Positions 53,802 to 62,373 of a DNA stretch of 64,000 nucleotides are shown piece after piece. A model generated the notes under the pieces. It saw only the letters and a program-made list of their open reading frames with translations. It made no database searches and had not been told where the DNA came from. Made by a program: the position numbers and the translations under genes. The DNA comes from Betaproteobacteria bacterium (GTDB lineage Bacteria; Pseudomonadota; Gammaproteobacteria; Burkholderiales; SG8-39): NCBI GenBank assembly GCA_005883675.1, contig VBCM01000191.1, positions 109 to 64,108 on the forward strand, read 5' to 3'. Position 1 is the stretch's first letter; each line of letters opens with the position of its first letter.

Positions 53802-55525
53802 TGCGCAAGAAGCCCGAAGAGCTGCGCAGCTACCGCTGGTATGGCGCTCACGACCTGCGGGCGTTCGGACACCGCTCGCGCACGGCGCAGATGGGCTACG
53901 ACCGCAGCGACTATGCGGGCAAGCCCGTGATCGCGATCATCAACACCTGGTCGGACGCCAATACCTGCCATACGCACTTCAGGCAGCGCGCCGAGGAGAT
54001 CAAGCGTGGCGTGTGGCAGGCGGGCGGCTTCCCGATGGAGATGCCTGCCATCTCGCTCGGCGAACAGCTGCAAAAGCCGACCACCATGATGTATCGCAAC
54101 CTCCTCGCCATGGAAACGGAAGAGCTGCTGCGCTCGTATCCAGCCGATGGCGCGGTGCTGATGGGCGGCTGCGACAAGACCACGCCGGCGCTCATCATGG
54201 GCGCGACCAGCATGAACCTGCCGGCGATCTACATGCCTGCGGGCCCGATGCTCACCGGACACTGGCGCAGCCAGACGCTCGGTTCGGGCTCCGACACCTG
54301 GAAGTACTGGGCGGAGCTGCGCGCCGGCAACATCAGCGAGATGGACTGGCAGGAGATCGAGGACGGCATCGCGCGTTCGCCCGGCACCTGCATGACCATG
54401 GGGACGGCGGCGACGATGATGTCCATCGCCGAGGCGCTCGGGTTCACGCTGCCGGGCGCCTCTTCCATCCCGGCGCCCGACTCCAACCACTCGAAGATGG
54501 CCGCGCTCACCGGCAAGCGCATCGTCGAGATGGTGTGGCAGGACCTCAAGCCGCGCGACATCCTCGACGCCAGGTCGTTCGATAACGCGATCGTAACGCT
54601 GATGGCGATGGGCGGTTCGACCAACGCCATCATCCACCTCGTCGCCATGGCCGGCCGCGCCGGCTTGAAGCTGCCGCTCGAGCGCTTCAACGACTTCTCC
54701 TGCAGGGTGCCGCTGCTCGCGAATGTGCGTCCATCGGGCGAGCGCTACCTGATGGAGGACTTCTACTATGCCGGCGGCTTGCGGGCGCTGCTTGCCGAGC
54801 TGAAGGACCTGCTGCAGCTCGAGTGCCGCACCGTAAACGGCAAGACGCTCGGCGAGAACCTCGAAGGTGCGCACGTCTATAACGACGACGTGATCCGCCC
54901 GCGCTCGCGGCCGCTGAAGAGCTCCGGCGGACTGGTCATCTTGCACGGCAGCCTGGCGCCGCAGGGCGCCGTAATCAAGGCAGCGGCGGCGACCCCGCGG
55001 CTGCTCAGGCACAGCGGCCAAGCGGTGGTCTTCGACGACTATAACGACATGGCGGCGCGCATCGACCGCGACGATCTGAATGTCGACGCCGACTCGGTGC
55101 TGGTACTGCGCAACGCCGGGCCGCTCGGCGGCCCCGGCATGCCGGAATGGGGCATGCTACCGGTGCCGAAGAAGCTGCTCAAGCAGGGCGTGCGTGACAT
55201 GGTGCGCATCTCGGATGCGCGCATGAGCGGCACGAGCTACGGCACCTGCGTGCTGCACGTCGCGCCGGAATCCTATGTCGGCGGGCCGCTCGCGCTGGTG
55301 AAGGACGGCGATCTCATCGAGCTCGACGTCGAAAAGCGCGAGCTCAACCTGAAGATCGACGCCACCGAGCTGGCACGACGCAAGAGCGCCTGGCGGGCGC
55401 CGGAGCCTAAGTTTGCCCGCGGCTACGGCGCGCTCTTCTCGCGCCACATCAAGCAGGCGCACGAGGGCTGCGACTTCGATTTCCTCGAGGGCACGGCGGC
55501 GATCGCCGAGCCCGAAATCCATTAG
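53801..55525 (+). CDS. IlvD/Edd-family dehydratase (sugar-acid dehydratase type)
   Basis: ATG at 53801 (TGATG overlap). 574 aa. [37 protein letters not shown]. Confidence 0.9.
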   Translation: MRKKPEELRSYRWYGAHDLRAFGHRSRTAQMGYDRSDYAGKPVIAIINTWSDANTCHTHFRQRAEEIKRGVWQAGGFPMEMPAISLGEQLQKPTTMMYRNLLAMETEELLRSYPADGAVLMGGCDKTTPALIMGATSMNLPAIYMPAGPMLTGHWRSQTLGSGSDTWKYWAELRAGNISEMDWQEIEDGIARSPGTCMTMGTAATMMSIAEALGFTLPGASSIPAPDSNHSKMAALTGKRIVEMVWQDLKPRDILDARSFDNAIVTLMAMGGSTNAIIHLVAMAGRAGLKLPLERFNDFSCRVPLLANVRPSGERYLMEDFYYAGGLRALLAELKDLLQLECRTVNGKTLGENLEGAHVYNDDVIRPRSRPLKSSGGLVILHGSLAPQGAVIKAAAATPRLLRHSGQAVVFDDYNDMAARIDRDDLNVDADSVLVLRNAGPLGGPGMPEWGMLPVPKKLLKQGVRDMVRISDARMSGTSYGTCVLHVAPESYVGGPLALVKDGDLIELDVEKRELNLKIDATELARRKSAWRAPEPKFARGYGALFSRHIKQAHEGCDFDFLEGTAAIAEPEIH

Positions 55526-55529
55526 CCGG

Positions 55530-56245
55530 ATGGAGCTGCCGCGCAATGGCTTCAAGCGCGCGCTCGCCGCAGGCCGCACGCAGATCGGATTGTGGTCGAG
55601 CCTCTCCTCCAACTACAGCGTGGAAGTGATCGCCGCGAGAGCCTGCTCGCCCAGCTGCAAGCCGCCGCGCCTTACGGCACGCATCCTGTGGTGCGCGTGC
55701 CGTGGAACGACATGGTGAGTATCAAGCGCGTGCTCGATGTCGGCGCGCAGTCGCTGCTCGTGCCTTACGTCTCGAGCGCCGCGGAAGCGCGCGCGGCAGT
55801 CTCGTTCACGCGCTATCCGCCGCAGGGCATGCGCGGCGTTGCCGGTACCACCCGCGCGACGCGTTTCGGCCGCATCAAGGACTACGCGCGCCACGCGCAC
55901 GAGGAGATCTGCGTGCTCGTACAGGTGGAAACCCAGCTGGCGCTCGACAACATCGAAGCAATCTGCGCGACCGACGGCGTCGACGGCGTGTTTATCGGTC
56001 CTGCCGATCTGCACGCCTCGCTCGGCCACCCGGGCGAGATCGCCAACCCGAAGGTCAAGCCGGTGATCGACGAGGCCGTGCGGCGCATCCGCAAGGCGGG
56101 CAAGGCGCCCGGGATACTTACGCCGAGCGAAGACGACGCGCGCCACTGGCTCGAGTGTGGCGCGCTATTCGTCGCCGTGGGCGCGGACGTGGGCCTCCTC
56201 GCCCGCGGTGCCGAGGCGCTCGCGCAGAAATTCAAGCGCTCATGA
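55530..56245 (+). pseudogene. HpcH/HpaI-family 2-keto-3-deoxy-acid aldolase, frame change near 55637
   Basis: N-terminus MELPRNGFKRALAAGRTQIGLWSSLSSNYSVEVIAA is in the frame of ORF 55413... The rest (ESLLAQLQAAAPYGTHPVVRVPWND...VQVET...GVFIGPADL) is in ORF 55592..56245. The segment equivalent to [16 protein letters not shown] is absent. Confidence 0.78.
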
Positions 56246-57180
56246 AGCCCGAAATCGTCATCACGGCGCGCGGCCACGCCGGCACGATGGCGACGCTGCA
56301 AGCCGAGTTCAGCGCCCATCTGCTGCACGAGGCGCCCGAGCGCAACGCGTTCTTCAAGCAGCATGCGCCGCGCGTGCGCGGCTTGGCCACCTTCGGTCCC
56401 ATGCCGGTGGACGGCAAGCTGATGGACGCGCTGCCCAAGCTGGAGATCATCGCGAACTTCGGGGTCGGCGTCGATGCGATCAACCTCGATGACGCGAAGA
56501 AGCGCGGCATCATCGTCACCAATACGCCGGACGTGCTGAACGAAACGGTGGCGGATACAGCGCTTGCGCTCATCATGAACACGGTGCGCAAATTTCCCCA
56601 GGCCGAGCAGTACCTGCGCGCCGGGCACTGGGCCTCGCGCGGGCCTTATCCGCTCAGCATCGAAATCGGCGGCAAGACGCTCGGCGTGCTCGGTCTCGGA
56701 AGAATCGGCGAGGCGATCGCCAAGCGGGCGATCGCCTGCGGCATGAAGATCCGCTACCACAACCGCCGCCGCAAGGATGCACCGTACCCCTACGATGCCG
56801 ATCCGGTGGCGCTCGCCAAAAACAGCGACGTGCTGCTCGTCGTGACGCCCGGTGGCCCGGAGACGACGAAGCTCGTCAATGCGAAAGTGCTCGACGCGCT
56901 CGGTCCCAAGGGTTACCTCGTCAATATCGCGCGCGGCTCGGTCATCGACGAACCGCTGTTGCTGCGCTATCTGCAGGAAAAGCGCATCGCCGGCGCAGGC
57001 CTCGACGTATTCGTCGACGAGCCGCGCGTGCCGCCGGAATTCTTCGCCTTGGACAACGCGGTGCTATTTCCGCACGTCGGCAGCGCCACCGTCGAGACAC
57101 GCAAGGCGATGGGCGATCTGCAGATCGAGAATCTGCGGCTGCACTTCGCGGGCCAGCCGGTCAAAACGCGCGTCGTCTAA
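56242..57180 (+). CDS. D-isomer-specific 2-hydroxyacid dehydrogenase (glyoxylate/hydroxypyruvate reductase type)
   Basis: ATG at 56242 (ATGA overlap). [32 protein letters not shown]. Confidence 0.88.
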   Translation: MKPEIVITARGHAGTMATLQAEFSAHLLHEAPERNAFFKQHAPRVRGLATFGPMPVDGKLMDALPKLEIIANFGVGVDAINLDDAKKRGIIVTNTPDVLNETVADTALALIMNTVRKFPQAEQYLRAGHWASRGPYPLSIEIGGKTLGVLGLGRIGEAIAKRAIACGMKIRYHNRRRKDAPYPYDADPVALAKNSDVLLVVTPGGPETTKLVNAKVLDALGPKGYLVNIARGSVIDEPLLLRYLQEKRIAGAGLDVFVDEPRVPPEFFALDNAVLFPHVGSATVETRKAMGDLQIENLRLHFAGQPVKTRVV

Positions 57181-57653
57181 GACGGGCTCCCGGCCGCCGA
57201 CTGCAGCCAGTTTTGCAGCCCGAGGCGATCGGCGAGCTCGATCTGGGTCTCGAGCCAGTCGATGTGGTCTTCCTCACCCGCGAGGATGTCCTTGAGCATG
57301 TCGCGCGAGACGTAATCCTTCACCGCCTCGCAGTGCGCAATGCCTTCCTGCAGCACCGGCCGCGCAAGGCGTTCCTGCTCGAGGTCGCATTGCAGCGCCT
57401 CGAGCGCGTTCTCGCCGATGAGCAGCTTGCCGAGGTCCTGCAGATTCGGCAGGCCTTCGAGAAAGACGATCCGCTCGATCAGCCGATCGGCGTGCTTCAT
57501 CTCGTCGATCGATTCCTTGCGCTCGTATTCCTCGAGCTTCTTCAGCCCCCAATTGCCGAACATGCGCGCGTGAAGGAAGTACTGGTTGATGGCGGTAAGC
57601 TCGTTGAACAGCACCTTGTTCAGGTGCTGCACGACCTTGGCGTCGCCTTTCAT
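57177..57653 (-). CDS. bfr: bacterioferritin
   Basis: Internal ATG at 57653. [37 protein letters not shown]...[10 protein letters not shown], the classic Bfr sequence including the heme-ligand Met region. Confidence 0.95.
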   Translation of the reverse strand: MKGDAKVVQHLNKVLFNELTAINQYFLHARMFGNWGLKKLEEYERKESIDEMKHADRLIERIVFLEGLPNLQDLGKLLIGENALEALQCDLEQERLARPVLQEGIAHCEAVKDYVSRDMLKDILAGEEDHIDWLETQIELADRLGLQNWLQSAAGSPS

Positions 57654-57727
57654 CGGCCGTCTCCGGGAGAAGCTCCGATTCGACGCCGAAGCCCCCCGGC
57701 GCGTCAAGAAACGCGGGGAGCGCGGGA

Positions 57728-57916
57728 TCAGGACGCGGCGGTCAGGGGCTCGATTGCGCGCACGTCGCGCAGCAGTTCGCTTGCGTAGTCGCGGCAACGC
57801 CCGCAACCTGAACCGACACCGAGCTCGAAGGAAAGCTGCTCAAGCGAGCACGCGCCGTTGCGCGCGCATTCGCGGACTGCCCTTTCGGTGACGGCGTTGC
57901 AGATGCAGATATACAA
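57728..57916 (-). CDS. bfd: bacterioferritin-associated ferredoxin (2Fe-2S)
   Basis: 62 aa, TTG start. YICICNAV...GSGCGRC four-Cys pattern. Confidence 0.9.
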   Translation of the reverse strand: MYICICNAVTERAVRECARNGACSLEQLSFELGVGSGCGRCRDYASELLRDVRAIEPLTAAS

Positions 57917-57935
57917 GGTCTGGTACCTCCTCGTT

Positions 57936-57954
57936 GAGAAGGATTATCACTTAA
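57936..57954. promoter_or_regulatory. Fur-box-like motif 1 (GAGAAGGATTATCACTTAA)
   Basis: 12 of 19 matches to GATAATGATAATCATTATC by my count. Lies in the AT-richer bfd/hemP divergent intergenic region. A near copy occurs 114 nt downstream. Confidence 0.3.
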
Positions 57955-58001
57955 GACCTTGAAAGCATGCAACCAGTGGGCATTCACTAACAAATAACTC
58001 C

Positions 58002-58229
58002 ATGTTCCTTGATATGAAACGGTCCTTGAGAACGATTGACGGACATAGTGAGAAGCATTATCGTCTGGTCATGCTCAAGCCCCCGGCCCCGGCGCAGGCA
58101 CCGGCAGCGCCCGCGAAAGTGCCCAGCCAAGCGCTGCTTGGCACGCGCAAGGAATTGGTCATCACGCATAACGGGCGCGAATACCGGCTGCGCATCACAC
58201 AGACCGGCAAGCTGATCCTCACCGCCTAG
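58002..58229 (+). CDS. hemP: hemin uptake protein HemP/HmuP family
   Basis: C-terminus ELVITHNGREYRLRITQTGKLILTA is the HemP signature. The start is ambiguous (58002, 58014 or 58071). Confidence 0.8.
   Translation: MFLDMKRSLRTIDGHSEKHYRLVMLKPPAPAQAPAAPAKVPSQALLGTRKELVITHNGREYRLRITQTGKLILTA
58050..58068. promoter_or_regulatory. Fur-box-like motif 2 (GAGAAGCATTATCGTCTGG)
   Basis: Shares the 13-mer GAGAAG(G/C)ATTATC with motif 1. Only about 10 of 19 matches to the Fur consensus. Sits just upstream of the alternative hemP ATG at 58071. Confidence 0.25.
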
Positions 58230-58233
58230 AACC

Positions 58234-58968
58234 ATGGGCCAGGTCCTCCTCGTCACGCTGCGCGAAGGAATCGAAATGTTCCTGATCGTCGCGATCGCGG
58301 CCGCGTATCTGCGCAAGACCGGTCGCGCCGCGCTGCTTTCCGCGGTCACCTGGGGGACGTTCGCCGCCGTGCTCGCCTCCGTGCTGCTCGGCGTCTGGCT
58401 CGCCGAAGTGGCGGTGCTGCCGAAATGGGAAAGCCTGCTTGACATGCTGCACGCCGCGAAGCAGATGCGCCGCCATATCGGCGATCGCCTCGAAGCGGCC
58501 GCCCAACGTCCAGGCAGCGCGGCGTGGTTGGGAGTGTTCGCGTTCGTGGTGCTCATGATCACCCGCGAGGGCATGGAAACCGCGTTCATTACCGCGTCGC
58601 TATTCCGGCAGACCGAGACGCCGCTTTTCGTCTGGGGCGCGTTCGCCGGCCTGGCGCTCGCCGCGGCGCTCGCGTGGGCCTGGTCCCGCTACGGCCACCG
58701 CGTCGACCTCGGGCTTTTCTTTCGCGTGACCTCAATATTCCTGTTGCTCTTCGCGCTACAGCTCGTCATCTACGCCTTCCATGAGGCGACGGAGGCGAAC
58801 CTGCTGCCGCTCGACAACGCGTACTGGCATCTGAAGACCGAACCGTACGGACCGGAGGGTGAATACGGCGCGCTGCTGACGTATGCGCTGGTGCTCATCC
58901 CCGCCGCCTGGCTCGGCCTCTCGGCGTTGAAGCCGCGGTCGGCGAAGATGCGCTCCGCTCGCGCCTAG
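58234..58968 (+). CDS. FTR1-family iron permease
   Basis: 244 aa. Two REGxE motifs (REGIEMFLIV and REGMETAFIT). Multi-TM. Shorter than the roughly 270-280 aa I expect for EfeU/FTR1. Confidence 0.82.
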   Translation: MGQVLLVTLREGIEMFLIVAIAAAYLRKTGRAALLSAVTWGTFAAVLASVLLGVWLAEVAVLPKWESLLDMLHAAKQMRRHIGDRLEAAAQRPGSAAWLGVFAFVVLMITREGMETAFITASLFRQTETPLFVWGAFAGLALAAALAWAWSRYGHRVDLGLFFRVTSIFLLLFALQLVIYAFHEATEANLLPLDNAYWHLKTEPYGPEGEYGALLTYALVLIPAAWLGLSALKPRSAKMRSARA

Positions 58969-59037
58969 TGACCTAATGCCAGCCCGCGGCCTGCGCCGCT
59001 AGCCAGCCTTCCTCGACCCTTTGCAAGGAGACTGGCT

Positions 59038-59925
59038 TTGTCGCTTTCGAAGTTAGCATTCGTTGCCGCCGCAATCCCATCCATGGCGGTGCCGGCGCTC
59101 GCCGGTGAGTCGCCATTCGGCTACGTCTACACCACCGACACTCACCCGCGCGGCGCGCACGAAATCGAGCAGTGGCTCACCCGCCGACATGGCCAATCGC
59201 GCGGCGACTACGATCTCTGGCAGGGGCGCACCGAGATCGAGTATGGCGTCACGGACCGACTGCAAACGGCGCTCTACCTCAATTACGACCACGTCAGTGC
59301 GTTCCACAACCGGCCCGACGGTACGACCGGCCCAGGCGCTTTCGTGCCCGACGCGGCCGATCCGGACGCACGCTACAGCCGCACATTCTTCCAGTCCTTC
59401 TCGAGCGAATGGATCTACCGGGTGCTAAGCCCCTATAAGGACCCGATCGGCCTCGCGCTTTATATCGAGCCCACGTGGGGTGCCGATGAGCGCGAGCTCG
59501 AGACGAAGCTCATCCTGCAGAAAAATTTTCTCGACGATCGCCTGGTGTGGGCAGCGAATCTGACCGCCGGCGCCGAAAAGGAGCGCTTCCACGGCGACTG
59601 GGAACGCGAAGGCGAACTCGAACTGACCACCGGGCTCGCGTACCAATTCGCGCCCGGCTGGCACGGCGGCCTCGAATACCGCCACCACCGGGGCTACGAA
59701 GGCCGCGGCTTCTCCGCTGGCAAGCGCGCCTACGCGGTAAGCTTCGTTGGCCCGTCGGTGCACTATGCGGCGCGCAAGTGGTGGGTCACAGCGAGCTTTC
59801 TCACGCAGCTCGCCAACGCCAAAGCCTACAACGATGAGGCGCGCGAAGAGATCGTCGCCGGCCGTTTCTACGGCGAGCACCACGAGCGCAACGAGCTGCG
59901 CGTGAAGGTCGGCTTCGAGTTTTGA
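59038..59925 (+). CDS. predicted outer membrane beta-barrel protein
   Basis: TTG start 7 nt after AAGGAG. Signal peptide ...AVPALAGE, alternating aromatic/polar strands, C-terminal ...LRVKVGFEF. No characterised family recognised. Confidence 0.6.
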   Translation: MSLSKLAFVAAAIPSMAVPALAGESPFGYVYTTDTHPRGAHEIEQWLTRRHGQSRGDYDLWQGRTEIEYGVTDRLQTALYLNYDHVSAFHNRPDGTTGPGAFVPDAADPDARYSRTFFQSFSSEWIYRVLSPYKDPIGLALYIEPTWGADERELETKLILQKNFLDDRLVWAANLTAGAEKERFHGDWEREGELELTTGLAYQFAPGWHGGLEYRHHRGYEGRGFSAGKRAYAVSFVGPSVHYAARKWWVTASFLTQLANAKAYNDEAREEIVAGRFYGEHHERNELRVKVGFEF

Positions 59926-60392
59926 GCGCGCGCTGGCCCGCGTTCATCGCCGCGCCGCTCGCCCTGTCGCTGCCGGCGGCCCATGCGACCGTTTATCTGA
60001 GCGTCGAGCAGGCGCAGCAGTCGCTCTTCGCCGGTGCAAGCTTCACGCCGGCGGACCTCGGGCGGCGCGAGCGAGTGTGGCGCGTGTCGCAGGGCGGCTG
60101 GTTCATCGTCGATCAGGTGCTCGGCAAGCATGAGCTCATCACTTACGCGCTCGGCATCGACCCGCAGGGACGCGCGCGCGGCATCGAGATCCTCGAATAC
60201 CGCGAATCGCATGGCGGCGAAGTACGCGATGCAAGCTGGCGTGCGCAGTTCTCCGGCAAAGGCGCCGCCGACCCGCTGCAGCTCGACCACGACATCCGCA
60301 ACATCAGCGGCGCGACGCTCTCCTGCCGACACATCACCGACGGCGTGAAGCGCCTGCTCAAGCTCTATGAAAGCGAACTGCGGCAGCGTTAG
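59922..60392 (+). CDS. secreted FMN_bind-domain protein (ApbE flavinylation substrate type)
   Basis: TTG start overlapping the upstream stop (TTGA). Signal peptide ...LPAAHA. Flavinylation-type motif DIRNISGATLS. Confidence 0.75.
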   Translation: MSARWPAFIAAPLALSLPAAHATVYLSVEQAQQSLFAGASFTPADLGRRERVWRVSQGGWFIVDQVLGKHELITYALGIDPQGRARGIEILEYRESHGGEVRDASWRAQFSGKGAADPLQLDHDIRNISGATLSCRHITDGVKRLLKLYESELRQR

Positions 60393-61050
60393 GCGCGCGC
60401 GACTGCTTCTCGGCACGCTGGTCGAGATCCGCGCGTCGGCAAGCGCTGAGGCGGAACGCGCCATCGGGCACGCGTTCGCGGCAATCGAGCGCGTGCACCA
60501 CGCGATGAGCGCACAGGAGAGCACGAGCGACATCGCGCGGCTGCGCGCCGGGCGCAGATTCTCCCTCGACCCGTGGACGCGACGGGTGCTCGACCGGGCT
60601 GAAGAGATATGCCTCGCCAGCGCTGGCCTGTTCGATTGCGCAGCCTGCGATTACGCGCTGGACGGCATCGCCAAGGGCTTTGCTGTCGATCGTGCGGTAG
60701 AAACGTTGCAGTCAGCGGGCATACGATCCGGCGTCGTGAACGCGGGCGGTGACCTGCGCGTGTTTGGCGAGGCTTTCGAAGACGTGCACGTGCGTGCGCC
60801 TCAACGGCCCGACAGGCTGATCTACATCGGCAAAGTAAGAGATGCGGCAGTCGCGACTTCGGCGGCCGAGCTGCTCGTCGACCCTCGGCGCAGACGAAGC
60901 GCAGCGCGTGCGGCCGGCGCGACAGTGATCGCGGCGGACTGCATGACCGCCGATGCACTGACCAAGCCGTGCCTGCTTGAACCGGAGTCTGCACCGCAGC
61001 TGGCCGGCCGTTTTCGCGCGCATGCGCTCCTGTTGGGTGCCAATGGCTGA
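60367..61050 (+). CDS. apbE: ApbE-family FAD:protein FMN transferase (short, no obvious signal peptide)
   Basis: 227 aa. LGTLVEI, DGIAKGFAVDRA, NAGGDLRVFG, MTADALTK match ApbE blocks. Segments usually present between these blocks appear missing. Confidence 0.7.
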   Translation: MKANCGSVRRARLLLGTLVEIRASASAEAERAIGHAFAAIERVHHAMSAQESTSDIARLRAGRRFSLDPWTRRVLDRAEEICLASAGLFDCAACDYALDGIAKGFAVDRAVETLQSAGIRSGVVNAGGDLRVFGEAFEDVHVRAPQRPDRLIYIGKVRDAAVATSAAELLVDPRRRRSAARAAGATVIAADCMTADALTKPCLLEPESAPQLAGRFRAHALLLGANG

Positions 61051-61423
61051 GCGCAACCGGCAGCACCCGGTCGTTCGTGCGCTCATTTTCAGCGTGATGC
61101 TCGCGCTCGTCGCGAGCGGCGTCCTTTGGAAGCTGGATCTGGAACGTGCGCTGCTCATGCAAATCCACGGCGCCGCGGCCATGGCGGGCATGGCGCTCCT
61201 TGGCGGGCTGCTCGCACGACACGTTCCCTGCGGCTGGAAGGCGCGCGCCAATCGAAGCTCCGGCACTGCGGTGCTCGCGGCCTCGCTATGGCTCGTGGTT
61301 AGCGGCTACGCCCTCTACTATTCGGGGAGCGAGGCGCTGCGGGCCTTCGCTTCGGCGACGCACTTCTGGATCGGCGTGGCGTTCGCCGTGGTGTTCGGCG
61401 TGCACCTGCGCTCGACGGGCTAG
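61043..61423 (+). CDS. small 4-TM His-containing membrane protein (DUF4405/cytochrome b-like, tentative)
   Basis: ATG at 61043 (ATGGCTGA overlap with the apbE stop), 126 aa, four hydrophobic helices with conserved-looking His (IHGAAAM, ATHFWIG). Confidence 0.5.
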   Translation: MAERNRQHPVVRALIFSVMLALVASGVLWKLDLERALLMQIHGAAAMAGMALLGGLLARHVPCGWKARANRSSGTAVLAASLWLVVSGYALYYSGSEALRAFASATHFWIGVAFAVVFGVHLRSTG

Positions 61424-61724
61424 CCGCGCGCTGCGGCTGGCGCTGGGCGCACGCGCTCGAGCACGCTCATCGCGGTGGCCACGAAGCGTGCCAGCTTTCA
61501 AAGCTCGCCGGCATCCCGGCGTCGATCGGCGGCATGCGCGTCCCCGCGGAGCCCGCACGATAGACATGCACGCCGTAGCAACCGATCGCGCCGAGCAATG
61601 CGGCGACGATGCATTGCGTGGGAAATGGTTGCTCGAGATACGCGGCGCCGGCGGCGCCGAAGGCAGCAACGGCGAGCATCAGGAGATAGAAGGTGCCGCT
61701 CAGCAGCTCGGCGATGACCAGCAC
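61420..61724 (-). pseudogene. NfeD-family membrane protein, probable frame change near 61490
   Basis: ORF 61467..61724 (LVIAELLSGTFYLLMLAVAAFGAAG...IDAGMPASFESW) ends prematurely. A second frame continues (ARFVATAMSVLERVRP...) to a TAG at 61420-61422 that overlaps the convergent stop. Confidence 0.45.
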
Positions 61725-61807
61725 CAGCGCGGCGATGGCCCAGGCAAGCGCGGCATCAATTTGGCATGCGGCCGGGCGTTGCGCAACCAGCCGCTACAAT
61801 CGCCTGG

Positions 61808-62373
61808 ATGCTGGCCCACGAGCTCATCTCGCTGCATGAACGGCCGCGCGAGGTGCCGCCGTTCAGCGAGCGCTATGCGGGACTCACGGCCGAGGTCGGT
61901 TATCAAGCCGCGCGCGCCTTGCACGAGCATCGCCTGGCGTGCGGCTGGCGGCCGGTGGGCCGCAAGATCGGCTTCACCAACCGTACCCTCTGGCCTCGTT
62001 ACGGCGTGCATGAACCCATGTGGGGCACGGTGTACGACCGCACGCTCATTCGCGCAAACGATAACCGGGCGCGTGTTTCGCTCCAAGACCTCGTCAACCC
62101 GCGCATCGAGCCCGAGATCTGCTTCGGCCTGCGCGCCGCGCCTTCAAAGGAGCGCCTCGTCGATTGCATCGAGTGGATGGCACACTCGATCGAGATCGTG
62201 CAATGCCCTCACCCGAACTGGAAGGTCGCGCTCGCCGACTGCACGGCGAATAATGGCCTGCATGGACGCCTCATCATTGGAGCACCGATGCCCATCCCGT
62301 CGGTCCTGGCGCGCGCTGGAGCACCCGGCTCACCGGGATCGCCCTTCCAGGCCTTAGCGTCGAGTTCGCATGA
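61808..62373 (+). pseudogene. 2-keto-4-pentenoate hydratase (MhpD/HpcG-like, FAH fold) with a large internal lesion near 62295
   Basis: N-terminal part (GRKIGFTNRTLWPRYGVHEPMWGTVYD...RIEPEICFGL...SIEIV...ADCTANNGLHGRLIIGAPMPIP) is in ORF 61766... The C-terminal PVGPGARWSTRLTGIALPGLSVEFA* is in another frame and ends with an ATGA overlap onto the next gene. About 187 codons in total versus about 260 expected. Confidence 0.7.

Noticed and set aside
53369-55021. 550-codon minus-strand ORF
   Set aside because: It is antisense to the IlvD/Edd dehydratase, has shadow-ORF composition, and shows no recognisable motifs.
60389-61266. Minus-strand ORFs of 277 and 184 codons opposite apbE and the small membrane protein
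   Set aside because: Their translations are Arg/Pro/Ala-rich without motifs. The plus strand carries ApbE blocks and a hydrophobic 4-TM protein with operon-style overlaps.
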